A DNA stretch of 64,000 nt. It comes from Oopsacas minuta (Eukaryota; Animalia; Porifera). The translations under genes and the position numbers were made by a program. This document shows, in pieces, positions 35,130 to 46,784 of this stretch (positions within the stretch are counted from its first letter, which is position 1; the number at the start of each line of letters is the position of its first letter). A model generated the notes under the pieces. That model was not told the DNA's origin and made no database searches. It saw only the letters and a program-made list of their open reading frames with translations. Where the stretch lies: contig JAKMXF010000255.1 in the NCBI GenBank assembly GCA_024704765.1, positions 1 through 64,000 on the forward strand, read 5' to 3'.

Positions 35130-36503
35130 ATGATGTCTCGATTTTCAATAATCCTAACAGTGTGTCTACTACCACATCTACTGAGTGCAGAGAACTTATT
35201 TATTAAACCAGATAGAGTCTCATGCAAGGGGGAGGAAATAAAAATGAGCTGCTATATAGAGCCTCCAACAGGGGAACAATTCTCCAATAAGGTACCATTG
35301 ATCTCTATTGACAATTCTGAACCATATACCAAAGATCAAATAAATTCTAACACTATCCCGCATCTAGACACCAGTGGATATCATATCGAGAAATTATCAA
35401 CAGTATCTCCACAAATTGCAGCCAGCATTACAATTACCAGTTTCGTCTCCAAGGATAGTGCAGTACTATTCGGTTGTCATGGTAGTTACATTAGCGGTAC
35501 AAATACTGAAGCACTAGCATCTGGGAACGCCCCTAGGCAAGCCAAGGTTCCAAATCAAATACTTTTCGACCTGTATGTTGACCTTATTTCTATCAGCGAT
35601 TGGTGCAGAGCTTTGGTCAGTATAAAATTCCTAGGCCCACCAGAAAGTGAACGTGCTATTGAATACTATCAGGTGTATGTTGATGGAGATCTTCAATCAG
35701 CAAATATAAGTAACGACACCGATTACTTCTATCCATCAGGTTTTTACTTAGATGTCAGTCCTGCCACTACCTATAGTATTGGCTTAGCAGCAGTTAGTTG
35801 TGCTGGCGCTGCTCCAAAGAGTCAGGATGATGTAGACATTTCTATCCCGAGTTATGAACTGGATTCGAATTTACGCTTCGAACTCGATTATTTTAATTCT
35901 CTGATTATTAATTGGGACTTCACAAAAGATCACGACATTCCTTTCGCCATAGGATATAGCTTAAAAGTAAACACTGCATTCAAAACTGATCTAGAGAGCA
36001 GTGTACTTACCCAGACGTTGAATTTCATACAAAGCTCTGCTGAAACTTCTTATTCATTCGATTTCGGGCTTAGCATAATCGGGGAGCAATCACTATACCT
36101 AGACATAACTGTTGACCTTGGGATAGTTTCTCAATGTCATGACGATAAATTCGCAGGGAATATAATAACAAACACCCAAACTAGTATTAGATCACATGTT
36201 GCACCTATTAATATCCCTTATAAGATTTCATGGATCGTAGTTGTAGTTGTCTCAGTAGCATTGGCAGTTTGTACCTGCAGTAATTATGTATCAATACTGA
36301 GCTTGCTGGTTATGTATTGTGAGAAGAAGAGAATAAATAGGAGAAATGCATACCATAATTTGATTCCAGAGGATAGGACTGAAACGAGCGCACCCCTTCT
36401 GAGCAGAATGGAAGTGCAAGAACCTACTTTACCAGCCCCTGGCTACTCAGTGAATACTGGTACTGCAGAGCAGCCGAGATATGGACCTGTTTATCACGAT
36501 TAA
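35130..36503 (+). CDS. Type I single-pass membrane protein (signal peptide, Ig-like and FN3-like ectodomain, Tyr-containing tail), intronless
   Basis: ATG at 35130 gives signal peptide MMSRFSIILTVCLLPHLLSA. Ig-like Cys pair (MSC..DSAVLFGC), FN3-like segment (IEYYQVYV..PATTYSIGLAAVSCAG), transmembrane segment WIVVVVVSVALAV..LLVMYC followed by KKRINRR. Confidence 0.75.
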   Translation: MMSRFSIILTVCLLPHLLSAENLFIKPDRVSCKGEEIKMSCYIEPPTGEQFSNKVPLISIDNSEPYTKDQINSNTIPHLDTSGYHIEKLSTVSPQIAASITITSFVSKDSAVLFGCHGSYISGTNTEALASGNAPRQAKVPNQILFDLYVDLISISDWCRALVSIKFLGPPESERAIEYYQVYVDGDLQSANISNDTDYFYPSGFYLDVSPATTYSIGLAAVSCAGAAPKSQDDVDISIPSYELDSNLRFELDYFNSLIINWDFTKDHDIPFAIGYSLKVNTAFKTDLESSVLTQTLNFIQSSAETSYSFDFGLSIIGEQSLYLDITVDLGIVSQCHDDKFAGNIITNTQTSIRSHVAPINIPYKISWIVVVVVSVALAVCTCSNYVSILSLLVMYCEKKRINRRNAYHNLIPEDRTETSAPLLSRMEVQEPTLPAPGYSVNTGTAEQPRYGPVYHD

Positions 36504-37140
36504 ATGTGAGATTTCCTTTTGAGGATTTGTTAAATATTTAAGTTCGCATTTATTTTGTTTATCGAACTATTATTCATTTGTATAGCGAGTATCTCTGGTA
36601 GCTAGTTATATGTAACTATCGTGAGGTATTTGTCTATTGAATTAAGATATGTATGTATTAGGTCATTAGTTCTAAGGGTATCTCTACTATTCAGCCTCTA
36701 TAGTTGCTAAAAATTAGTTATTTATACAAATCAAGCTAGAGTAAGCAAACACTTAATAAATAATTCCTAATCAAATATATTTGATTTACGTATGTTGTTT
36801 AGATATCATTTCATTTTCGGGGGAGGGCGAGTTCTCGCAATCTTCCAAGTAAATTTCAAAGATATTCCAACAAGGAAACTAACCTTAGGAAGTAATTAGC
36901 TTCTAATTAGTTCTGTAGGATCTGGTAGAGTTTAGATTAAAATAGTTTTGATTGCATTGTAAAAAGTAAAACATCCAATTTATTCGGAATAATACCGCCA
37001 TTCTGAGGATGTTTGTGGTACAGATGACTCTTGTAAAAATAGTTACTTTAGCTAGATTGTATCGTAAAGTATTTGCAGCACTTTTCCCAATATAAATAGA
37101 AAATTTTCATTGTTTATTATCTTAATATCTACAATTTAAC

Positions 37141-37177
<37 letters not shown>
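37141..37177. repeat. (AAC)n trinucleotide microsatellite upstream of receptor 2
   Basis: Read directly from the sequence. Confidence 0.92.
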
Positions 37178-37212
37178 ACTAGATCGTAATTTATAACAAT
37201 TATTGAATAAAT

Positions 37213-38631
37213 ATGGCCCCAATAACACCCAGCATATTTTATTTAATAACTCTCCTCTCCATCAATATCTTCTATTCTTATGCACCTTCAGCTCTAAACA
37301 CATTCACATTCAACCCACCTGAACCGCTATGCGTTGGGGAACAAGTAGTCATGAAATGCTCCATCGATTTATCGCCAAGCTCCCTCTACAGGGATATCTC
37401 ATCAGCTCTTATATCAATTAATGGGACTACTCCTATTTCAATCGAGCGATTCGGTGAACTAGCTACGATGGATGTAGATATATCAAGATATAGTGCTGAA
37501 TTTGTAACGAATAATCAAGGGCAAGATGATATCTCAGCTTTGATTACAATCGCAGGTTATCTTCCAATCGATTCTTCGATCGTATTCGGGTGTCATGGAT
37601 TATATATTAATTCTAGCTACACTCCAGCATTAGCCTTTGGATCTCCAACAACCGCATTAATACCCACTCCCCCTTCTCTTACCGACACGGGTCTGTCTAT
37701 TAACCCCAGTACATGTGAGACTGTTGTAACAACATACTTAATACCCCCGGATAGTTCTGACAGAGCTATAGAATCATACTCCCTATATCTTAACATGGTG
37801 TTAGTCCTCACTGTAGCTGTTGATAGTAACTTTAATGATGAACAAGAAATCAATACAAAGTTGAAGCTTAACAGAGAACATGTACTATCAGTTGTAGCCA
37901 TGAGCTGTGTAGGAAAATCTCCAACTTATACTCAGGTAATAGTAGAGCTTCCTTCCTACTTGTTCAAACCAGATAGTTTAGATTTTACGATAAATTCAGA
38001 AAATCAGCTGTTCATCAGCTGGGAGCTATCAGCTGATGATAAGTATGAGATTATCATGTCTTATGAAATGGAGTTAAAACTTAAAAATATCCCAGTAGGA
38101 CACCTTATAGCCCCGTCTCATGAAATTGCAATAAAAAGTGAATTCAGTCAAACCTCAAAACAAAATTCCTATACAGTAGATCTATCTCTACTCAACAGCA
38201 TTGATTTCCCTCTTAACATAAGCGTTACTCTACAAATAATATCCCGCTGTGAATACAATGCTACTGGAAAGAATAAAATCATTAAAGTGATACAATACAA
38301 TCTGCAATTGAATAATACAGACAGTGTATTGAGCGAGGAATCTCAGTCTATACCAGTCTACGGGACTGTTGTTATTGCTATTTTAGCGATTGCATTAGTA
38401 GGCTGTTTCATGGTAAATATACTCATTACCTTTCTGGTAATTAAGAGTTGTAAACCAAACTCAAAAGCAGAAAATCCTCAAATAATGAAGATGGATGAGG
38501 AAGTTTCGATTCGAAAAAATTCCAACAAACATACGATCGAAGAGGCGAATCAGCTATATACTTCCCCTAGAGATAACAATGATAGTAATAACAACCTGCT
38601 TTCTGATTCTAACTATTCCACAATTAATTAA
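37213..38631 (+). CDS. Tandem paralogue of the 35130-36503 receptor, intronless
   Basis: Signal peptide, VMKC..DSSIVFGCHGLY, SDRAIESY, VVAMSCVG, IISRC and transmembrane segment VVIAILAIALVGCFMVNILITFLVI. These motifs are collinear with the upstream gene. Confidence 0.75.
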   Translation: MAPITPSIFYLITLLSINIFYSYAPSALNTFTFNPPEPLCVGEQVVMKCSIDLSPSSLYRDISSALISINGTTPISIERFGELATMDVDISRYSAEFVTNNQGQDDISALITIAGYLPIDSSIVFGCHGLYINSSYTPALAFGSPTTALIPTPPSLTDTGLSINPSTCETVVTTYLIPPDSSDRAIESYSLYLNMVLVLTVAVDSNFNDEQEINTKLKLNREHVLSVVAMSCVGKSPTYTQVIVELPSYLFKPDSLDFTINSENQLFISWELSADDKYEIIMSYEMELKLKNIPVGHLIAPSHEIAIKSEFSQTSKQNSYTVDLSLLNSIDFPLNISVTLQIISRCEYNATGKNKIIKVIQYNLQLNNTDSVLSEESQSIPVYGTVVIAILAIALVGCFMVNILITFLVIKSCKPNSKAENPQIMKMDEEVSIRKNSNKHTIEEANQLYTSPRDNNDSNNNLLSDSNYSTIN

Positions 38632-38951
38632 CGATAATAGAACACAGACAGCAGTTGTAGTAATTTGTGTATACATTTATAATGATAAAGCAATCAAGTA
38701 TAACTTCATCCCAGGAGAGTCTTTTCAGGAAAATGCTGGCCAGAATTTCCTGGCTAACCCCCCTAATAATCAAATAAATATTTGTGAAAATAATTCATAA
38801 GTTTGAACAATAAAATAACAGTTTCATATTATGACAAATATTGTTATTTACAGATTTAAGAATTATGTAAGGTAATGTTTGGGTGTATATAAAAGCTGTG
38901 CTGTTAAAATGGTACAAGTGTTTTAGTCGTATGTCCTTATTAGGTATTTTA

Positions 38952-41900
38952 TCAGATTTTCATAGCTACTTTTTGGGTTATATTTTTCTCCAAAAGCATT
39001 CTTTCATCATCATGCAGGTCACGTTTGTCCAAGGGATCTGATCCTTTCACGACTTCTAGGTTCTTGGATGTTTCCCGTAGTGGCCATTTAGTTCGTGTGT
39101 TGGAAGCACTAGTCGGCCTTTCTGGCTTGGATGCTGTTTGTTTCTGAGTGACGTCACTCGTGGCTGCACTCCCAGGCCTTACATGCTTCGTCACAATAGA
39201 TTCATTCTGTAGCCACATCTGTCTTGTGTCAGCTGTTTTCTTAGATAAAGTCTTCTCAACTTCTCTGTCTCTGATGTCAAATGTTTCCTGTTCGTTTGGT
39301 TTGCGAGTGGGAGAGCAGAACGGAGAGTTGCTGGGGCTGTTACTCTGACTCCGTAGCTTTACCTCAGTCCACGAGGGAGGAGAGGAGTTAGGAGTAACTC
39401 GGGGAGAGGGAGACTCACTTCCTGAATTTGAGCATTGTTTGAGTTTAGGAAATACGAAATGAGATGGCATAACAGCAACTACATGTCCTGCTGCTGAAGA
39501 TGATATGCTCGTTCTCTTGTTTGGTGTTTGTTCATGCTGTTTCTTCTGTTTGAGATCTGCATTCTTCCAGATTTGTTTTGTGTTTGTCACCTGTTGTATC
39601 AGCTGTTGTTCTGCCTCTCTATTACCACGGATATCCAGAATAGGCTTAGAATTGTCCGGCAAGGAAATATCCATAAAGGAATCCGAGGGAATCACAGATC
39701 CCACTTTATCAGCTGTTAATTGTACCGAAATATCTGAATTATCAGGTAATGATAAGGATTGATCAACGGTAGATGTGATAGGGGTTTCTCTTACAGAAAC
39801 AAGTTTAGGTATAAGAGGAGTGCTAGTGGTAACACTGTTACTAGACGGATTAGGTATAGTATACACGGTAGTTGTAGTAGTTGTAGTGTGTGCGTAAGCT
39901 TCGGGTTGTTTGAGTGAAGTATTAGGAGTAATAAATACGTCATTCTTGGGACTAGAAGATTCTAGTGAGAGGAAATCCTGACTGCTTGAACATTGTGAGT
40001 CTGTAGAACGATAAGGGGAGGAGGTGAGCCTTGGGGGAGACCATGGAGACTTGGAAAGAGGGTGTACAGCTTGCTCTAGAGGTGAGGTTATTCCATTGTT
40101 GACTATCTGTAGAGGAGATGGCCGTATTTGCATCGGCAATGGCTTGAATATTGAGTTTGGAGATTCGTTAGACTTGACAGAATTGCTCGGAAGTTTGGCC
40201 CTGACAGCAGGAGGAGATTGTGTCCATATCGGTGGGAAAGAATTGAACTTAACAAAATCAGATTTAGTCTCAGTGAAAGAAGCATTAAGATCTTCTGGTA
40301 TATTCTTAAGACTAGGAATAGCATCGTATATCTCTTTCTCAAAGAATCGTATATCTTTATGGTTAAATTTCTTGCTTTTCCTTCCATCTCCTGTCATTGA
40401 TAGTGAAGCTAGTTTATGACATACAGTATCTAATTTCCTCTCCAAACACTGGAAAGGTTTACTCAAATCAAATCCAAGATTCAACACTAACAAATCTTCC
40501 ATTATAGTCCATTGACATTGCATCATGAATTGTCTACCAGTTTGGAATTGCCATACACGATGATAGAATGCCTGACTAATCAGAGGTATTCTATAGTACT
40601 TCTCGTCTACAGAGTGCGACTGACAGTTCCTGAATATGTATATGATAAGTTCTAGAGTGTAACGGGAGTCCTCTAGTCCTACCTCCTGTACCAACATTTC
40701 TAACAGCTGTTTCAGGGTGTCTGTCACCTGTCGACTGAAAATGAACCCTCCAGATAGTTTGCTACGAGCCAAGGAGGTCGGAGATAACTTCTTTTCAATA
40801 ACCATTGGGCTATCCGTTCTTAATAATGACAAGTTTTCGCATGATGAGTTTTCTTTTCGTGGTTCCACCATTAATGAGTCAAAAGCTATCGTGAATGATC
40901 TCTCCCGTGAAGGATCAATAGGATTATCAGGTTTCGTTTCTGGTGTGTCTCTCTGTGTATATTTTCTAGAGGGACGGGATAGGCTAGGAGAGGGAGAGAG
41001 GTCTGTTGTTGAATTATCAGAAGCGAAGTCATCTAACTTTTCAAGTATAGAGCTTGATTGTGTTATAGGGAGTATATCTGGTGAACTAACTGATACTTCT
41101 GGGAAGAGAGAACTGTCTGATTTCAAGGATTCTAGCTCCTCAGGAATTGAAGAAATGTTAATAACCTCAGCTTTCAAATCTTTCTTCCTAAAGTTGTATA
41201 AATAGTATAAAAATAATTTGAACAAAAGCATGTGTGATATTTAATTTTACGTTTTCTTCTGCATGAATGAATTCAAGAATTTCTTAGCAGGACTGCTGAA
41301 TTTTCCAATAGACATCTCCTTATTCAGAGCTGGTTCCGAATAAGTCCTCTTCAATCCAACCGCAGGTACATTATCTATACCAGCAACAGGAGAAGCTATT
41401 CTATGTTGCTTTTTGTTGGTTAACTTCCGTATATGAGCTCTTCTAGAATGTCGTCTCTGAAGGGGTGAGGCGGCTTTTACAGTGTTTAATCCCCATTTTT
41501 CAATTTCATCTGGATCATCAGTATCATATAAATGTCTTATATCTCCAGCTACTAGCACCTGTTGATAATAGAAAACAGCCTTCAAGATTATGCCTCAATG
41601 CTACCAGATAATGCTGAAATAATCTCGTCAGCAAACCTCTGATACGAAACGAATTTTGTAAACTTAATATTTATCTCAAAATCTATTAATGATGAAAATT
41701 AATACGATTTTGCAGATAATTAGCTGATTGCTAATTTGATTCAAACATCATCAAATGCAAATACCATTACAACAGTTACGTAACCACGTGATAATGTGAT
41801 AATGTGATAATGAATACAGTTGTTGATTTATGTGATGCCATTAATGTATCATTGTTAATCAAGCAATTATTACCTCGTGAGATAAATTATATCTGGTATG

Positions 41901-44192
41901 CGGGTCGATAGAGTATTTTGCATAATTCTTGAGAAGTCTCTGTGGTGTAGTCTGTGACAACAGCTGTAAGATAGCCTCTCTCTCCTCCAGTAGCATGAGA
42001 GGATCGTACCCTTTCACATACCCTCTTATCATCCAGGCTGCATCAAACGCGCCCAGGAATCCCCTGGCTAATCCAGAGCCAGTGGGCCAGAAAGGCTCAA
42101 TGAGTGTGTCACCTGCAACGAGAAGAAGGAGAGATTTGCCTTTGCGTTTGATAATTTTACTCGCATGTTGTGAGGCGAAAAGAGATGTGAAGTCGAAGAG
42201 AGCGACATCATTCTCTCCCTATAGCAACCAGATATGATAATAGAAATGTTGCATTAGATAATTAGACATATTATTACACCAATTGTGACCCTAATCGACA
42301 ATAAACCTTCGATCCAAAAGACAATAAAATCGCACTTGAATAGACTAATTCTAAGTTAATGACTTAATCACATAATTCACGAATATTTGCAACTACAGTA
42401 CTAACCACTAATGATAACACAATAATGTGGATAGCTGAATGGAAGAATGGTGTGTTTATGAATGAATTATGTAAGTTCGTGTTTTGTGTAGTAATCTATA
42501 CAAATGTACCTGATGGGTTTTGGAGAACTCAAAATGCGGCATTTTCCCTTCAGTAGCGTATTTAGCCGATTCAATCGCGAAATTCTCCAGTTTCTTCTGA
42601 TTGATATTATGCGGGTCTGTTAACCTGATTGCATCTGAATAATCCTTCCTAAGAACTCCCTTCTTTATCAAGCTTTGTCTCTTAGCTGTCATTACGTAGT
42701 AGTGTGTCTCATCCTAGCAAATATTAATGATAATGCTTAGATGCAATTTCATATCTTCTAAGTGATAATCAATACAAGCAAAATCTTATCAGTTCAGATT
42801 GAATGAACAAGATATGCTCGTAACAGCCACGAAAAATCCAAATTACAAGTCTATACATTTTAAAACAAACTCAACCACTAAAATTTGTTAATACTTTCTA
42901 ATAATTACTGATAGTTTCACTGAATTTGTAAGTATCGGAAACTAGGATGTAACATAATTGGTACAGTAATGCAGTATAATTGTAGGCAGCAATTATTCGA
43001 GAGTATTTGTTATCTACTTTAGCTCAATCAGGAAAATGGGGAAATAGATCTGCAACTATAGTTACGTATTAATATCAATTTATCAGCTGGGTTTAATTTA
43101 AGTGCTAGAAAGCGCATTTACTGTCATTTATATTACCTTATAGTATACTATGTTCTCAAGGTCTATCCCGTGTTCTTTAGAGAGTTTCTTGAACCAATCT
43201 TGATGGTATGTGTATGAAATTCCTGAAATCTCAGAGACTTCATTCTCTTTTGGTGTATTCATATTGACAAAATTAAAACTTATCCCGATGGCTAGTTTTG
43301 CTCGAAATTCTTTCTTCTTAAAATCTAGAGTGTATTTCTTCCCATCAGCTGTTAGAATTACGTCATAAGTTCTAAAGTTTGCATCAGATAGACGGGGTTC
43401 ACATTGTACACCCCAGCCGTCCTCTTTTGATCTAGGTTCTGTGTATCGAATGAATTTTGTGTTATGGTAGATGTTAACACCTGTAAATGGTAAATAATTA
43501 ATAGTTTCACTTAATACAGACAATTATGCTACAAACTATATTGATGGAGGGAATCAGATAGAATATATGTTTGTTAAGATAACACTGATATCTCTAATCA
43601 CTAACTCACCTAGTATGAGACATATCTTCATTAGAATAACTTGAGCTGCTCTGATACAAATATGGTCCAGCTGTCCTGAACAGAACTTCCCATAGAACAT
43701 CTTAGCTTCCAATCCTTTAAGATCCTCGACTAGAAACGGCCATAAATGTAGACAGTTATTCCTTGAGAAACTATTTCTCATTTCAATTAGGTCCACCTTA
43801 GCTCCCATAAATGCGGCTTCTATTGCAAACCTCAGTCCTACTGGCCCTGCCCCTACGACTAATATTCTCTTCCCTTCACAAATACGCTCTTCTGTGTCTC
43901 CGAAGTATTCCCTGTGTTCTGGGAGACTCGAACGACCTAGTAGTGTCCGTAAAAGACGCTCTCCTTTCCATATTTTTGAGTCGGAAAGTCTCTCAGTAAA
44001 GAGACGTGCGTTTTCCGTCCAATTCGAGTCCTCAGGGATATTGTACTCTTGTCGTAACTGTGAATACAATTCCTGAATGGTGTCGATACTCTGTTCCGTA
44101 GCTGGACTGTCAATAAACGCTAACAACGAATCATCGCTTATACTCGATTGACTGTGAAGAGATGCTGTACTACCAGAATTTCCAAAATCCAT
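38952..44192 (-). CDS. MICAL: MICAL-family F-actin monooxygenase with a PUB-like domain and long S/P/T-rich tail (6 exons, about 1339 aa)
   Basis: Exons 44192-43610, 43480-43137, 42713-42510, 42218-41874, 41558-41251 and 41187-38952 are all GT-AG with phases 1,0,0,0,2 and total 4020 nt open. MICAL motifs: ILVVGAGPVGLRFAIE, FSRNNCLHLWPF, KFCSGQLDHICIR, LENIVYYK|DETHYYVMTAKRQSL, DVALFDFTS, VAGDTLIEPFWPTGSGLARGFLGAFDAAWM, YSIDPHTRY. Confidence 0.88.
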
Positions 44193-45471
44193 TTATTCTC
44201 TTTTACTGTAGTTCAATGGAACTGTTTTTATTTAATACTCTTAATCTCTACACTATTTATATGGGAATCTTGTATGTATATTGAAAGTAAAAGGAGCAAG
44301 CTGAGTTTATACAGTGGCCTATCGTACAAACCTATGCTAGATGGAACGCGAACAATTGTGAAGCAATGATAGAGTAATAAAGAATTTCTTAGAATTTGGT
44401 TTGCAAAGATTTGGAGTTTCAAGAATAGATACAAAATGGACAATTTATCTCAAGGTTTCATTACGAAAACTAGATTCAAACGGCAGAACAGGCACATATG
44501 GGTAATTACCCTGTTTATCTCTCAAACGTAGAAGCATGCAATCGTTGTTAACCAATTCAAACTGTAAATTGCTAAAATTACATAAATTATTAGGCGGAAA
44601 ATCTGATGGAATAATCTACCTCAAAATGATCAGAGAAAGGTACGAGTAGTGTATGCTATAGTTATAGGGCATATCATATGCTAATTGTATTCTCAATCTG
44701 CATAATTTACATTCCAATCCTCCAATACGAGTGCTATAATTATACTAAGTAATGGCTACTCATATAATATGATACAATTATATGTGTTTGGAACTAAGAA
44801 GGAGATACAGTGGAACCTTCAGAAGCGGGGACCAAATATTGGAGACCAATTTCCACGCTTTAGGAGGTTCTACCGTAGACCATTCAATTACTGTTGAATC
44901 CTGTGTATGTATCCTATTACAAATAGTAGAGGTATGATTATGTCTAACAATGCGATTGGTCACCAAATAAGAACAATTATCTCTGAGTTCATCAAATTAA
45001 CTTATGGAATCATGTAACCCTCGTATTTGAAGTTCAGATCATATCTAAAATGAATGATCGAACTCTTAACAATTAAAGTTCACTACTGCCATAACGATAT
45101 AATAAACTTGTAGGAGTTAGAATGAATAGTTAATCTTTTGAAAAGTATTCAAGGAAATTGATAGAGTAAATTATTAATAGAAAGTCAGCGAATTTCCATC
45201 AATACAGAGAATCTTTTCAATAGTATGTCACATATATTATAGAAGTAATCATAATGTAGTGATAACCTAGGTTGTAATTGAGGTAATTTGTTTATTCTTA
45301 CGACACAATGATGCCTCCTACGGATATGATAACACAGGAACAACAACATCATTGGTAAGATATTGATAACTGCCCCAAATATTATATAATAACATATTAC
45401 AGTTTGATATAACACGATAATGTCAAGTAATGTCATACAATTGTGTGACAAGTGATAGGTTGTTATTGAGT

Positions 45472-45840
45472 TTAAGTTGTACACTTCCAAACACAAATCC
45501 CAAGACTTCCTCCGAAGAAAATATACGTTATATGTTTCATAGTGTAGCTAATATCAAAACTGAATCCTTCACCTACTACAACACACCATGGAGGTCCGAA
45601 TTTCTTATCCATACTCTCCTTTATCATTTTAGCTGCATTCTCATTATTAGAAGAAAACTTCTCACAAGCTGTTACCGATATCTCCATTGCTTCAGTTAAC
45701 ATATCTTCATTCATGTCTGAGTACTTAACAAGAGCGTAGTTGTGCTGTCGCCTGAAATCCCCCTCGTCTGTCTGTGGAGCTACAGGCTCAGTAGTAGTTC
45801 CTTCTGGAGGTTGTGCTGGAGCAGTCTCTGGTTCTGTCAT
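45472..45840 (-). CDS. DNAL4: Dynein axonemal light chain 4, intronless
   Basis: YALVKYSDMNEDMLTEAMEISVTACEKFSSNNENAAKMIKESMDKKFG..WCVVVGEGFSF..FFGGSLGICVWKC. Confidence 0.92.
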   Translation of the reverse strand: MTEPETAPAQPPEGTTTEPVAPQTDEGDFRRQHNYALVKYSDMNEDMLTEAMEISVTACEKFSSNNENAAKMIKESMDKKFGPPWCVVVGEGFSFDISYTMKHITYIFFGGSLGICVWKCTT

Positions 45841-46784
45841 TTGTAGATAAGTTCAGATGGCTTGGAAATACGTTATACAGTTATTATCGCCTGCAGACCC
45901 TATTAGTAAAATTAATTATCAATTATAAACCAAATAATTATGTGAGATCTGTGGATATATGCTCCAAATAGGAAACAGTTGTACCTCTCTTTCTTCTATT
46001 CAAATTAACAGTGAATAAGTTTGTATGAATTAGCAATTATTCCACCGGAATACAATAGAATAATTTACAAATAATTAGCTCATCGATTCCACAGCCAAAT
46101 TTCAAGTTTCATAAAGTCATATAATAAGAAGGAAATGGTTAGATTGGATGATATTTTTGTGATGTAGGATTCGCAGAAAAATTCTGCAAAACTGGAGATA
46201 GGATATGATCAATGTAATGTTCCACAAATCGGCATTTGATGTAGAGTTCAGGTATTATGTAAAAATAGTTCTCAGCAGAAAGACATCTGAGACCATTGAC
46301 AATGAACAATTATATAACCATAAACCAGATGAGAACATGATGTAGCTCAATTGAATTGCATTTCTAATTAAGTTTGTTACGTATTTGGGAGCGATGTTAC
46401 GAGTTCAGCTTTTATTAGAAAATCAAAATTGTGCAAATTACCCCATAGAATATTAACACTTAACCAGAGAACAATAGTTATAACAGGAAACATCAAAGTA
46501 GAAATTAACTTGTAATAAAAGTAATCAAAGGGTGTATTGTATAGATATTATGGCACATATTAGTGTATTAGATGTATGTAGCATACAACAAATTGTTAGT
46601 TATCTATTAGAATCAAAGTTCGAAGTTGCTAATAACCATTAACGTGTTACGTGAGGTATACGAAACAATTAATATATATATGTTAACTCTAACAGACTAA
46701 TAAATAGATACATAATAACAATTGCTTGCTAATCATAAAATATTCTCTAAATAAAACTCTAAATATAGTTATTTATAGCTTATC

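Noticed and set aside
38952-41231. Treating the 759-aa ORF as a standalone gene
   Set aside because: Its listed start is a non-ATG codon in intron-like AT-rich sequence, and a clean acceptor at 41188 joins it in phase to MICAL exon 5.
41929-42237. 102-aa ORF on the + strand
   Set aside because: It is the antisense shadow of MICAL exon 4 (42218-41874).
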